DNA of 64,000 bases from Candidatus Burarchaeum sp. (GTDB lineage: Archaea; Micrarchaeota; Micrarchaeia; Burarchaeales; Burarchaeaceae), in NCBI GenBank assembly GCA_030646255.1, contig JAUSNF010000021.1, positions 9,340-73,339 on the forward strand. Reading direction: 5' to 3'. The notes beneath the pieces are model-generated. The model saw only the letters and a list, made by a program, of their open reading frames with translations, ran no database searches and had not been told where the DNA came from. Positions 18,818-29,079 of the stretch are shown one piece after another. The position numbers and the translations under genes were made by a program. Within the stretch, counting starts at the first letter, position 1; every line of letters starts with the position of its first letter.

Positions 18818-21358
18818 CTACTCGCGCTCCGTTTCCTCAGTTGCCTCGCCCTTGCCCGCCCGCTGCGGGTCCTTGCCGTCGCTTCCGTAAGTGTACTCAA
18901 CCACGATGTTCTTGGAATCGCGCACGCTCAGGTCCCTCTTCACCACCAAGTCCTGCAGCGCGTTGATGAGCCTTCTCTGCATGTAGCCCGACCGCGCCGT
19001 CCTGATGGCCGTGTTCACGAGGGACTCGCGGCCTCCCATCGAGTGGAAGAAGAATTCCTCTGGCGTGAGGCCCCGCACGAATGAAGATGCGACAAACCCG
19101 CGAGCATCCGCGCCCCTGTCGGTCTTCCTGAAGTGTATGAGCGCCCTGCCGCGGTAGCCGCGCGACAGTCGCTTCTCGCGCACTGCCTGCTGGCCTACTG
19201 TGGCGGCCATCTGGATTGCATTAAGTATGCTTCCACGCGCGCCGATGCGGGCCATCAGTATTGACGTGTTCTCAATGCCCATCGAATTCTCGACAATCTT
19301 GCCGCATTCATTCCTGACCCTGCTCAGACGCGCCATTACCTTCTCTTCAAGCGTTTCCTGCAGCGTGCGGCCGGGCATGCGCTCGAGCAGGCCCTTCTTG
19401 TACTGGCTGACGAGCCGCATCACGTCCTTGCGCGCATTGTCATTGGCCTCATCGACCTCGACGGCAGCCTCCTTTGAAAGCGTGTAGTTCGAAAGGTCTG
19501 CTGAAAATCCGTGCTTTGTAATGACATAGAGCGCCATTCTTGTCGCATCATCTATGAACTTGCGCGCAACGGGCGCGCCGTAATTCCGCACGAGCACCTC
19601 GATAATCTCATTCTCGAAAGCCTTGCTCTCAATCGTGCCGTGGGTGAGCAGGCCGTCCTTCACTACGATATAGCCGTCATACGGGCACTTCTCCTTGCCG
19701 CACTGGCCCTCGCACCTGCAGAGCTTCGAGCGCACGCGCATGTTGAAGTCCTTGGGCAGGAGCTGCGAGAACAGCAGCTTGCCCGAGTATTTCCCGCCGT
19801 GCACATCCGATGCAGGCAGTTCGTAAATGCCCGCAAGCGCGAGAATCTGGCACGCTTTCTCGTACGAGAAAACAGAATCCTTCTTTGTAAGATAGTAAAT
19901 GCCGGACACGTGGTCCTCCTGCGGCTTGATGATCGCATGGCCGTGGCGGGGCGAAATAATCTGGTTCTCGACCTTCATGAGCATCTCAGCCTCCACGCGC
20001 GCCTCCTCTGTCTGCGGCACGTGCAGGTTCATTTCATCGCCGTCAAAGTCCGCATTGTATGGCGGGCAGACCGGCAGGTTAATCCTAAAAGTCCTTCCAT
20101 CGAGAACCTTGACATTGTGGCACATCATTGACATCCTGTGCAGCGAAGGCTGCCTGTTGAACAGCACCGTGTCGCCGTTCATGAGCTGCCTCTCGACTAT
20201 GAAGCCCGCGGCCAGCGTGGTCTGTATTTCCTCCTTGGTCTTGTCCGTGACCTTGCGCCTCTTTCCATCTGGCCTTATAACGTAAACCGCATGCGGGTAG
20301 TCAATCGCGTCTATGAGCTTCTTGCACTCCTCAATATTCCACTCGGTCACGCGCACTGGCACGGTCAGCTCCTCGGCCATCATGCGCGGCACGCCCACGT
20401 CGTTAATCGATATGTTCGGGTCTGGCGAAATCACCGTGCGGGCCGAGAAGTTCACGCGCTTTCCTGAGAGGTTGTACCTGAACCTTCCTTCCTTGCCCTT
20501 CAGCCTCTGCGACAAAGTCTTCAGGGGCCTGCCCGACCTGTGCCTTGCAGGCGGGATGTTCGTTGTTTCATTGTTGAAGTACGTAGTAACGTGGTACTGC
20601 AGAAGCTCCCACAAGTCCTCAATGATTAGCTGGGGCGCGCCCGCATTGATGTTGGCCTCAAGCCGCTGGTTAATCCTCATGGTGTCTACAAGCTTGTGCG
20701 TCAGGTCATCCTCGCTCCTCTCACCGGTCTCGAGCGTGATTGAAGGCCTTACAGTTACGGGCGGCACAAGCAGTGCAGTCAGAATCATCCATTCGGGCCT
20801 TGCATAGTCAGGGTCGTAGCCCATGAGCCTCAGTTCCTCATCAGGTATCTTCGAGAGCCTGTCCCTTATTTCAGTGGGCAGAAGCGTCTTCTCTCCCTCG
20901 TAGAATGTGGTTGGCTTCTCGAACTTCAGCTCTGCCTGCTTGGCCTCGCAGTGCGGGCACGAGCCGCCCTTCTTTCCTTTTGCCAAGGCCCCGAGTGTCA
21001 TGTGCTTCTTCTTGGTGAGCATCTTGCCGCACTTTACGCACGTGCTCCTGAGCAGCATGTAAATTATGCGCGAGAACTCCGGGTGCACGACCGGCCGAAC
21101 CAGTTCGATGTGCGTGAAGTGGCCCGAGCATGTCCTCGTTCTTCCGCCACACGTCTTGCATTTAAGGCCGGGGTCAATGACGCCCATGCGCTGGTCGACA
21201 AGCCCGCCGTCAATCGGGTACCCGTCCTCGTTGTAGGTGTCGGGAACCGTAATCTTCGCAGCCGAAATCTTCCTGACCATCTCTGGCGAGAACAGGGAGA
21301 ACTTTATCCTGTCAACCATTTTTTCGACGAATTCACTCATGCGAGCACCCAATAACAT
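18818..21358 (-). CDS. rpoA1: RNA polymerase subunit A'
   Basis: 846 aa; zinc-finger N-terminus, NADFDGDEMN active site. Confidence 0.95.
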   Translation of the reverse strand: MLLGARMSEFVEKMVDRIKFSLFSPEMVRKISAAKITVPDTYNEDGYPIDGGLVDQRMGVIDPGLKCKTCGGRTRTCSGHFTHIELVRPVVHPEFSRIIYMLLRSTCVKCGKMLTKKKHMTLGALAKGKKGGSCPHCEAKQAELKFEKPTTFYEGEKTLLPTEIRDRLSKIPDEELRLMGYDPDYARPEWMILTALLVPPVTVRPSITLETGERSEDDLTHKLVDTMRINQRLEANINAGAPQLIIEDLWELLQYHVTTYFNNETTNIPPARHRSGRPLKTLSQRLKGKEGRFRYNLSGKRVNFSARTVISPDPNISINDVGVPRMMAEELTVPVRVTEWNIEECKKLIDAIDYPHAVYVIRPDGKRRKVTDKTKEEIQTTLAAGFIVERQLMNGDTVLFNRQPSLHRMSMMCHNVKVLDGRTFRINLPVCPPYNADFDGDEMNLHVPQTEEARVEAEMLMKVENQIISPRHGHAIIKPQEDHVSGIYYLTKKDSVFSYEKACQILALAGIYELPASDVHGGKYSGKLLFSQLLPKDFNMRVRSKLCRCEGQCGKEKCPYDGYIVVKDGLLTHGTIESKAFENEIIEVLVRNYGAPVARKFIDDATRMALYVITKHGFSADLSNYTLSKEAAVEVDEANDNARKDVMRLVSQYKKGLLERMPGRTLQETLEEKVMARLSRVRNECGKIVENSMGIENTSILMARIGARGSILNAIQMAATVGQQAVREKRLSRGYRGRALIHFRKTDRGADARGFVASSFVRGLTPEEFFFHSMGGRESLVNTAIRTARSGYMQRRLINALQDLVVKRDLSVRDSKNIVVEYTYGSDGKDPQRAGKGEATEETERE

Positions 21359-21386
21359 TCAACTAAGTCTGTCCCCTTCTATACCC

Positions 21387-23273
21387 TCATGCCTTATCCT
21401 TCAGCTTCAGCCTCGGCAGGATGCCAATGGCCTTAATCTCATCGAGCAGCAGCTTGAATGCATAACTCATCTCGACCTTGTACAGTTCAACGGAATCGCA
21501 GAGCGGGCAGTAGTCGCGCCTCTTTATGAAATCGTGCACGGCAATCATGCCGCACTTGTTGCACACGAGCTCGACAGTCTTGTCGCTCTCCTCCAGCATC
21601 CTCTCGCGCACGAGCATGGATGCGCCATAGCCTATGAGGCAGTCGCGTTCCATCTCTCCGAACCGAAGCCCTCCTTCACGGGCCTTGCCTTCAGTCGGCT
21701 GGTGCGTGAGCAGCTGCACAGGCCCGCGCGAGCGCACGTGCATCTTGTTCGACACAAGGTGGTGCAGGCGCTGGTAGTATATTACGCCGACGAACACCTC
21801 GCTCTCAATGCGCTCGCCGCTCAAACCATCGTAAAGGATTTCCTTGCCATAGCTTTCAAAGCCCTGTTCCTTGAGCGTCTGCTTGAATTCTTCCGCATCC
21901 TGGCCCGAGAATGCAGTTCCATTGACGCGCTCGCCCGTGAAGCACGCGGCCTTGCCTCCCAGCATCTCTATCAGGTGGCCTGCAGTCATGCGCGATGGAA
22001 TGGCGTGCGGGTTGATAATCAAATCAGGCACAATGCCGCTCTCGGTGAATGGCATGTCCTCCTGCGGCACGAGAAGGCCGATGACACCCTTCTGGCCGTG
22101 CCTGCTCGCGAACTTGTCGCCGTTCTCCGGCACCTTTATGCTCCTGACGCGCACCTTCACGAACTTGTTGCCCGACGGGCTCTCGGTAAGCATGACCGAA
22201 TCGACAACGCCCTCATCGCCGCTCTTGATGACCAGCGAGTTCTCCCTCTTCTTCTCTTCAGTCAAACCAAAAGCGCTGACTTCCTCCAAAAATCTCGGCG
22301 GCGAGGTCTTGCCCACGAGCACATCCTTGGACTGCACCTCGCTCTCAGGCACCACTATGCCGTCATCGCCCAGATAGCGGTACATGTACTCTTCGCGGTA
22401 GCCGCTCACCGTCGGGTTCGGACTCTCGAACTTGTCCTTCTGCCCGCCAGGGTAGCGCCTTTCCTCGCTCTCATGCACCTTGAAGAAGACAGACCTGCCG
22501 AGGCCGCGGTCGACTGCGTTCTTGTTCATCACTACCGCATCGCCCATATTGTATCCATAGTAGCTCGTAATCGCGACAACGAAGTTCTGGCCCGCGGGCC
22601 TGCGGTGGAAGTTCATGTGCCTGTATGGCTCGCTCTGCACCAGCGGCTCCTGCGGGTAGTATAATATGTGCGCGCGCGAGTCCATGCGCAGGTTGTAGTT
22701 GCTCGCGTAGAAGCCGAGAGACTGCTTGCTCATTGCGCAGGCCATTGTAATTCTCGGCGAGGAGTTGTGCTCCGGGTAGGTGAGCTGCGAGACTGTTACG
22801 CCGCAGATTGAAACCGGGTCGATTTCCATGTGCGTGCTCTTCTCGGTTATGTGCTTCTCGTCCGCAGCCACAAATGCGATATCGTTCTCTTCCTCGGCGT
22901 CCAAATACTCAATGACGCCCATCTTGATGAGTTCGTTCCACTTGAGCTCGCCGCTCTCAACTTTCTTTACCATTTCAGGAGTGTAAAGCGACTTGCCATT
23001 CTCGACAACTATGTACGGCCTGCGCGCCCGGCCGCTGTCGGTGCTGACTTGCAGTTCTCCGGTCGCGCGGTTGAGCGCAAAATTCACCTCAGGGCTTATC
23101 TCGCCCGCGCGCCTCTTTGCGCGCAGTTCGGCCACGAGCGAATCTCCGTCATCGTGGAATCCGATGAGCCTGCCGTTTATGTAGATGGCGGTCTTGGAAG
23201 GCCTCTCGCCATCCTCTATCTTGCCCGCTACCATTTTCTTGAACATTCTGCTCTTTTTTTTCGCCGGCACCAT
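21387..23273 (-). CDS. rpoB1: RNA polymerase subunit B' (C-terminal half of split RpoB)
   Basis: GDKFASRHGQKGV motif and a C-terminal Zn motif. Confidence 0.95.
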   Translation of the reverse strand: MVPAKKKSRMFKKMVAGKIEDGERPSKTAIYINGRLIGFHDDGDSLVAELRAKRRAGEISPEVNFALNRATGELQVSTDSGRARRPYIVVENGKSLYTPEMVKKVESGELKWNELIKMGVIEYLDAEEENDIAFVAADEKHITEKSTHMEIDPVSICGVTVSQLTYPEHNSSPRITMACAMSKQSLGFYASNYNLRMDSRAHILYYPQEPLVQSEPYRHMNFHRRPAGQNFVVAITSYYGYNMGDAVVMNKNAVDRGLGRSVFFKVHESEERRYPGGQKDKFESPNPTVSGYREEYMYRYLGDDGIVVPESEVQSKDVLVGKTSPPRFLEEVSAFGLTEEKKRENSLVIKSGDEGVVDSVMLTESPSGNKFVKVRVRSIKVPENGDKFASRHGQKGVIGLLVPQEDMPFTESGIVPDLIINPHAIPSRMTAGHLIEMLGGKAACFTGERVNGTAFSGQDAEEFKQTLKEQGFESYGKEILYDGLSGERIESEVFVGVIYYQRLHHLVSNKMHVRSRGPVQLLTHQPTEGKAREGGLRFGEMERDCLIGYGASMLVRERMLEESDKTVELVCNKCGMIAVHDFIKRRDYCPLCDSVELYKVEMSYAFKLLLDEIKAIGILPRLKLKDKA

Positions 23274-23321
23274 GATATCACATCAACAAAATCATTTGCA
23301 TTCGTCTGCTTCTTTCATTGC

Positions 23322-24896
23322 CTATTTCTTTCCGCCCTTCTCCGCTTTCTCCGGCTTCTCGCTCTTCCCAACTTCCGCAACAGTCATCTCTTCAACCGCC
23401 ATCGGTTCAGCGGCGTGCGAAACATCTTCGATCGCAACTCCGCTGGCCCTCAGCAGTTCCTCAACAGGCTTCTCGCTCTCGCCCGTCGTAATCTCACACA
23501 GCAGTGCCATGTTCTTTACCAGCGCGCAGCTCGGGCCTTCGGGCGACTCGTTCGGGCAGAGCTTGCCCCAGTGCGAGCCGTGCAAGTCGCGGGCCTTGAA
23601 GTGCGGGTGCTTGCGCGAAAGCGGCGAGATGATGCGCCTCAAGTGCGAGACGCTTGAAAGATGGTTCGTGCGGTCGAGCAGCTGCGATACGCCTGTCTGG
23701 CCAGCAATCCAGTTGCCCGTAGCCATTGAGTACCTCATCCTTTCACTCAATGCGTCGGGCCTGACTATTGTCTGAACGACAAGCCTTCTTCCGCGCGCGA
23801 ATGCGCGCTCAACCTGATAAGCAACATCCTTTACGAGGAACTGGAACGCATACCTGAAAAGCTCCTCCATCAAATTGCCTGCGAGCTTAATTCTCTTGTT
23901 CCCATAGAAGTCCTTGTCATCCTCGGGCACCATCTTGTAGGCAACCTTCATTCCCTTCTCAGCCATCTTGCACAAGTAGTATGCCTTAGCGAGCCTGTCG
24001 CCGGGCTCAACGCCCAAGTGCGGCAGCAGGTAAGTGTCAAGCAGGACATCCACGCGCTTTGCGCGGTACTCGCGGGCCTGGCCCGGCGCCACTTTCTTGC
24101 CGATGGCTTCCATTGCCTCCTCGCGGTTCTTGGTCTCATCCACCTCGAGGTTCAATAGGATATCATTCATTATTTCGCTCTTGTCAGAATCCTTGAAAGC
24201 GGCAATTATGTCCTCGTTCTTCTCAAGCCCGAGCGCGCGCAGCGCTGTCGTGAGCCGCATATCCTTGGGTGCGGCCGGGAAGCTCACGTTCACAACGCCC
24301 TCATGGTTTCTTTCCGCAACGCAGCGGGCGCGGAAGCCGAAGCGCATCGAGAAGACCTTCGAGGTCGTGAGCGTGCCGTCCTTCTCGCGCGAAACCATGA
24401 TGCGGTTGGGCGCAAGATCCTCAATCGAAACGAGCACGCGCTCGCTCCCATTAATGATGAAGTAGCCGCCCGGATCCTCGGGATCCTCGCCCTTCTCTAT
24501 GAGCTGCTCGCGGTTCAGGCCCTCAAGGTGGCACAGCTTGGACTTAATCATCACGGGCAGCTCGCCAATGAATACTTCTGGGAAGCCGCGCCTCTCAACG
24601 CCATTCACAATCGGTATAATCTCGAGGAAAATAGGCGTGGCATAATTCAAATCGCGCATGCGCGCCTCCATCGGCGTGATGGGTCGGCGCGAGCCGTCGG
24701 CCTCCATCATCATCGGTTTTTCCTCAATCCTCACCTTTCCGAGCTTGAGCTTGTAGTTCTCAATATTCGGCTCAATCACGCCAACGCGGTCAATGACCTG
24801 CTGGATGCCGAAGGCCACGAACTTGTTGTAGCTCTCAAGGTGCTGGCGCACAAGGGAATTCTGGTGGAAATACGCATCAAGGAGTTCAACAGTCAT
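23322..24896 (-). CDS. rpoB2: RNA polymerase subunit B'' (N-terminal half of split RpoB)
   Basis: 524 aa with N-terminal RpoB homology. Confidence 0.9.
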   Translation of the reverse strand: MTVELLDAYFHQNSLVRQHLESYNKFVAFGIQQVIDRVGVIEPNIENYKLKLGKVRIEEKPMMMEADGSRRPITPMEARMRDLNYATPIFLEIIPIVNGVERRGFPEVFIGELPVMIKSKLCHLEGLNREQLIEKGEDPEDPGGYFIINGSERVLVSIEDLAPNRIMVSREKDGTLTTSKVFSMRFGFRARCVAERNHEGVVNVSFPAAPKDMRLTTALRALGLEKNEDIIAAFKDSDKSEIMNDILLNLEVDETKNREEAMEAIGKKVAPGQAREYRAKRVDVLLDTYLLPHLGVEPGDRLAKAYYLCKMAEKGMKVAYKMVPEDDKDFYGNKRIKLAGNLMEELFRYAFQFLVKDVAYQVERAFARGRRLVVQTIVRPDALSERMRYSMATGNWIAGQTGVSQLLDRTNHLSSVSHLRRIISPLSRKHPHFKARDLHGSHWGKLCPNESPEGPSCALVKNMALLCEITTGESEKPVEELLRASGVAIEDVSHAAEPMAVEEMTVAEVGKSEKPEKAEKGGKK

Positions 24897-24997
24897 TCAA
24901 TCATCTACCATTATTCCGAAACTTCTGTTCTTCAGCCCGCAGTCCTTTGCAACTTCCTTGCCCGTCTGCCTTCCGTCCGGCCCTCGCCCTACTTTTT

Positions 24998-25231
24998 TTA
25001 TTCTATTACTAGCCTGTAATACCTGATCTCGATTTTCTTGTCAACATCGCCCTTGCGTATAATCCTGACAACATCGCCCGGCTCAGCCATGCCTTTTATA
25101 ATCACGTCATTGGCCGAAATTTTCGGCAACTGCTCGGGCTTCAGTCCGCTTTCAGAGAAGAACTTCTCCCTCTCGCCCCCGGATAGTATTTCGTGTACAG
25201 GAATTAGGATATGCTCTGGGGACTCGGCCAA
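24998..25231 (-). CDS. rpoH: RNA polymerase subunit H
   Basis: 77 aa Rpb5-like; HILIPVHEIL... Confidence 0.85.
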   Translation of the reverse strand: MAESPEHILIPVHEILSGGEREKFFSESGLKPEQLPKISANDVIIKGMAEPGDVVRIIRKGDVDKKIEIRYYRLVIE

Positions 25232-25390
25232 ATAACCACCTTACTTTAGAAGTGCAATGTGGCTCTTACATAAGTCGGCAAGTTTTATAAAGCTTAAGCC
25301 GCCTTTTTGCAACAACTTTACCGTAGTTCCTGCGCAAACTATATGTACAGTGTCTGCTTCTAGCCTATTTTCTTCCTTAACCTCTATTCC

Positions 25391-26134
25391 TTAAAGTTGT
25401 TCACCATATTTATCATAATATCTCTTTATAGCCACGTCCATATTCTCCTCTAATTTGAGCTCTGAAATACGCCTTTTCCCTTCCTTATGATACTCCATGA
25501 TCTCCTTCCATTCATCATCCGTAACTTTATCCGTATTCTCCTCCTTGGGGGTCTCTCCCTTTCCTCCTCCTAAAACCGTTGCGATCCCGCTTATGAGCGG
25601 CTCATTTCCGCTTTCCTCTGTTTTAAACCTGTCCCCAATTGGGTGCTCTTTGTCGTATCTTTTTGTAATTGTCTCCATTGTTTTATCGATAAATCCGAAG
25701 AACTCATTTGTTTTTTTATCCTTAAGCTCCCTTTCCTTCTGCTGCAAATTAAGTGCCTCAAGCTTCAGATTGACACCGTCCAGCTTATGTTGAAGCCAAA
25801 TCAGTTCAGCTATCCAATATTTTTTTGGATTATCCTTTGCATAGATTTTCTTGTTTAGCCGTTCTATTTTATCACTCAACTTCTTGCGCTGCCTCTCCCA
25901 AAGTGCGCAGTTGTAGTCCTCGTTCGGTATCTCCTTCTTGACTAGCGCAGGTCCAAGGTCGTGCAATAGCCTGAAATTGAACGCAATCTGGCTCGGCGAG
26001 AACTTAGTCAACAGCGGGTTCCGAGCCACAGTCCTTGCATCTTTTTGCATGGCATTTCTTGCTCTTTGAAAGCTTAAAAACTTTATAATCATGCTCGCCT
26101 GCAAGCGCGCCTTACTTCTTCTGGTCTTCCTCAA
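25391..26134 (-). CDS. Hypothetical protein encoded in an AT-rich insertion
   Basis: GC markedly below the flanking DNA; charged/coiled-coil composition; no recognisable motif. Confidence 0.4.
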   Translation of the reverse strand: MRKTRRSKARLQASMIIKFLSFQRARNAMQKDARTVARNPLLTKFSPSQIAFNFRLLHDLGPALVKKEIPNEDYNCALWERQRKKLSDKIERLNKKIYAKDNPKKYWIAELIWLQHKLDGVNLKLEALNLQQKERELKDKKTNEFFGFIDKTMETITKRYDKEHPIGDRFKTEESGNEPLISGIATVLGGGKGETPKEENTDKVTDDEWKEIMEYHKEGKRRISELKLEENMDVAIKRYYDKYGEQL

Positions 26135-27587
26135 CGATATTCTTTATCATCTTCTGCAGCTTCAGGCGCTTGGCATCATAGGCCTTCTCTTTCAGGTCCG
26201 CATCCTCAACGTTCTCCTTTATCTCAGCAATCTTTCCGCTTTGGGAGGTCACTTCTGCGGAAACCTCGAGCGCAGTCACTGTCTTAGAAAGCAGTCGCAA
26301 CTGCCTCACAAGCCTGTCCCTTTCAACCTCCAGCTCATCTATCGCACTCACAATGTCCGTCACCTGCTGCCTCTTGCCTATCGCACTCTCATACTTCTCC
26401 ACGCCCTTGGTTGCAATGCTCAGCTGGTCCTCTATCTCCTTCTTGCTCTTGTTCAGCGCATTAGTCATCTCATCTGCCAAATCCCTTATCTGCGTGGCCT
26501 CCTGCCTGAAGTTCAGGTCTGCCTTGGCCAGCTGTGAATCATAATCTGTGACACTCCCGATGAGCTTCTTCTGCGCCCGCAGGAGCTCCTCGTACTTGCT
26601 CTCATGCGTCTCGAGCGCCTTTGTTATGGAGTCGCTGCGGTTCGCGAGCAGCCGGCTCTGCTCCCCTATTTCGCTCTCCAGCCTTTCAATATTCTCCTTC
26701 TCCTTCCTGAGCTTTACAAGATTCTCAGCAACCTCGCCGCTCACGAGCGCATCCTTCATCGTGCCCAGCTTCCGGTCCAGGTCAATAACCCTAAACTGCA
26801 TCTTCTCTACGAGCGCCTCAGCCGCGGCCTTCTCGCCCGCCATCTCCTTGGCAGTCTCCTCCAGCCTGTTCATGGCATCGATGGACTCAGTGAGCGCGCC
26901 CTTCTTGTCCGTGCTCTTCTTGAGCTCCTTCTGCAGAGAGGCCTTCATCTCGGTTATGGCTGCAAGCGTCTCATCCAGCTTCTTCCTCGCCTCGACAATC
27001 TCGCCCGCGCGCGCCTTGAGCTCAGGCGACCTTTCAATCTCCTTCACGCGCTTGTTCATCTCCTCGAGCATCTCGCGCTTCAGCTTGATGTCCCGCTCAA
27101 CAGAATTAACGCTCTCGCGCAAATCGGAAATCCGCGCCATCTTCTCGTTGAAAATCTTCTCCTTGTCCTTGTCCACCGCGTGCAGCGCGTCGAGCCTTGA
27201 CCTCAGCTTCTCGGGCAGCTGCGCATCCAGCACGCCCGCGAGCTCGTTCAGCTCCTTGCGCACCATCTGGAGCTCGCCCTCCTTTGCCTTGGCGCGCTCT
27301 ATCAGCCCGCGTATGTCCCTCGTGAGCGACTCCTTCTGCTCGCCTATCTTCGAAATGCTATCCTTCATCTCCTCCTCGGTCGGGCCCCTCCACACCAGGT
27401 AGACGCGCGTGAGCCTGTATTCTAGCTTCAGCACTTTTTCTTCTTCAAGCAGCTTGGCCCACTCTTCTGCAACCTGCGGGGTCACGCCCAAATTAGCGGC
27501 AGCCTCGCTCAGCTCGAGCCTGCCCCTGTCATGCACTATTCTTATGAGTCCGTCTATGCCAGTTGTAATCGAGCCTTCCTGCACCAT
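26112..27587 (-). CDS. Hypothetical N-terminal wHTH plus ~400-aa coiled-coil protein
   Basis: N-terminal ...LSEAAANLGVTPQVAEEWAKLLEEEKVL... HTH-like, then heptad-rich sequence. Confidence 0.45.
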   Translation of the reverse strand: MVQEGSITTGIDGLIRIVHDRGRLELSEAAANLGVTPQVAEEWAKLLEEEKVLKLEYRLTRVYLVWRGPTEEEMKDSISKIGEQKESLTRDIRGLIERAKAKEGELQMVRKELNELAGVLDAQLPEKLRSRLDALHAVDKDKEKIFNEKMARISDLRESVNSVERDIKLKREMLEEMNKRVKEIERSPELKARAGEIVEARKKLDETLAAITEMKASLQKELKKSTDKKGALTESIDAMNRLEETAKEMAGEKAAAEALVEKMQFRVIDLDRKLGTMKDALVSGEVAENLVKLRKEKENIERLESEIGEQSRLLANRSDSITKALETHESKYEELLRAQKKLIGSVTDYDSQLAKADLNFRQEATQIRDLADEMTNALNKSKKEIEDQLSIATKGVEKYESAIGKRQQVTDIVSAIDELEVERDRLVRQLRLLSKTVTALEVSAEVTSQSGKIAEIKENVEDADLKEKAYDAKRLKLQKMIKNIVEEDQKK

Positions 27588-27827
27588 TCCAAGACCGCAA
27601 GGGCATCGCTCGCCCCCTATATTAAGCTTACTTTCTCGCCCCCGTGCCTTCGCAGGCGTTACCGCGTTCAGTGAAAACGGGTTTTGAAAATTTGCAGCTC
27701 AAGCCCCAGATACTGAAAGTGGTCCGAACTTTCTTTTCTCTCATCCTGTGCAACAATCTTACCCTTGTTTTCTAGCAAAGTATTAGCAGGCACAAGTGGG
27801 GAAAGACTTTTAAACCTCCCTCCCAAA

Positions 27828-27837
27828 CTTTTTAAAG
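27828..27837 (+). promoter_or_regulatory. TATA-like box (CTTTTTAAAG) about 60 nt upstream of the tfb ATG
   Basis: AT-rich octamer in otherwise GC-rich DNA, preceded by a purine-rich BRE-like stretch. Confidence 0.3.
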
Positions 27838-27896
27838 CTACTATAATCCCGCCGACGTGCCGGCATTATGCTTAATCAGAATCGGAGGCTGCTAAC

Positions 27897-28796
27897 ATGA
27901 CTGAAACCTGTCCCGAATGCAAGAGCAAGAACCTCGTCAAGGACCACGAGAAGGGAGAGATCATCTGCAAGGACTGCGGCCTCATAGTGAGCGAGGAGCT
28001 CGATGCCGGGCCCGAGTGGCGCGCCTTCGACTCCGAGCAGCGCGACAAGCGCGCCCGCGCAGGCGCACCAGTCAAATTCATGAGGCCCAACAAGGGCCTT
28101 GTAACCGAGATTGACCAGTACAACCGCGACATACGCGGGGTGAAGATTTCCTCGCACAAGCAGGCGCAGATGTACCGCATGCGCAAGTGGCACAGGCGCG
28201 CATCAGTGGCCAGCTCAATGGAGCGCAACCTCTCAATAGCGCTGAGCGAGCTCGACCGCATTGCCAGCTATCTAGGCCTTCCTGAGAACATGCGCGAGTC
28301 TGCCGCACTGCTCTACCGGCGATGCGTTGAGCGCGGCCTCATAAGGGGCAGGCTCATCGAGGCTGTGGTGGCTGGCGTAATCTATGCAACTTGCAGGGAA
28401 TACGGCGTGCCGCGCACGCTCGACGAGCTCTCGGCCCAGTCCAACATCGAGAAGAAGGAGATTGGCAGGGCATACAGGCTCATAGCGCGCGAGATGAACC
28501 TCAAGCTGCCACTCACAGACCCCTCGCAGTACGTTCCGCGCCTCTGCTCGTCGCTCAGGCTCAGCGGCAGGACGCAGGAGCGCGCAATTGAGATGACGCA
28601 CAAGGCGCTCAGCGGCTCGCTCATAAGCGGCAGAGGGCCGAGCGGAGTTGCAGCTGCGGCAGTCTACATCGCAGCCTCGCTCGAGGGCGAGAGGCGCACG
28701 CAGAAGGAAGTCTCCGATGTCGCGGGCGTCACGGAAGTGACAATCCGCAATAGATACCGTGAGTTGAAGAAGGCGCTAAACATCAAGGGTGGATAG
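27897..28796 (+). CDS. tfb: Transcription initiation factor TFB
   Basis: N-terminal Zn ribbon CPECKS...CKDCG; cyclin repeats. Confidence 0.95.
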   Translation: MTETCPECKSKNLVKDHEKGEIICKDCGLIVSEELDAGPEWRAFDSEQRDKRARAGAPVKFMRPNKGLVTEIDQYNRDIRGVKISSHKQAQMYRMRKWHRRASVASSMERNLSIALSELDRIASYLGLPENMRESAALLYRRCVERGLIRGRLIEAVVAGVIYATCREYGVPRTLDELSAQSNIEKKEIGRAYRLIAREMNLKLPLTDPSQYVPRLCSSLRLSGRTQERAIEMTHKALSGSLISGRGPSGVAAAAVYIAASLEGERRTQKEVSDVAGVTEVTIRNRYRELKKALNIKGG

Positions 28797-28866
28797 CCGG
28801 CTGCCTTTCGTGCGAAGTTAAAAATATTAGCTAGTGTAAATGAGGAAGGTATCGGGAACTGCACGT

Positions 28867-29043
28867 TCTCGATAACGGGCCGGTAGCTTAGCCTGGTTGG
28901 AGCGCTCGGCTGATAGAGCCAATGGTTTTCCGAGGGAAGGTATCGGAAACCGTAGGTTTCTGATACCGAGAGGTCCTGCGTTCAAGAGCCCTTTTCCGCC
29001 TGAGGGCGCAAAAGCGCTCGCGGAAAATCGCTGAACAAATCGC
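28867..29043 (+). tRNA. tRNA-Ile(GAU) with two introns (28906-28954 at canonical 37/38; ~28976-29028 within the T-loop)
   Basis: Perfect 7-bp acceptor GGGCCGG/CCGGCCC+A; D-arm GCTT/GAGC; spliced anticodon arm CTCGG-CTGATAA-CCGAG plus variable AGGTC; T-stem CTGCG/CGCAG with loop TTCAAAT after removing 53 nt; both introns begin GAGCC; oligo-T follows. Confidence 0.55.
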
Positions 29044-29079
29044 AGCCGGCCCATTCTTTTTCTTTCTTCTAAAATCAGT

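Noticed and set aside
28867-28940. A simple intron-less 73-nt tRNA at the GGGCCGGTAGC... start.
   Set aside because: No complementary 3' acceptor strand or T-arm exists within 80 nt. The CCGGCCC strand is 170 nt downstream, which requires the two-intron model.
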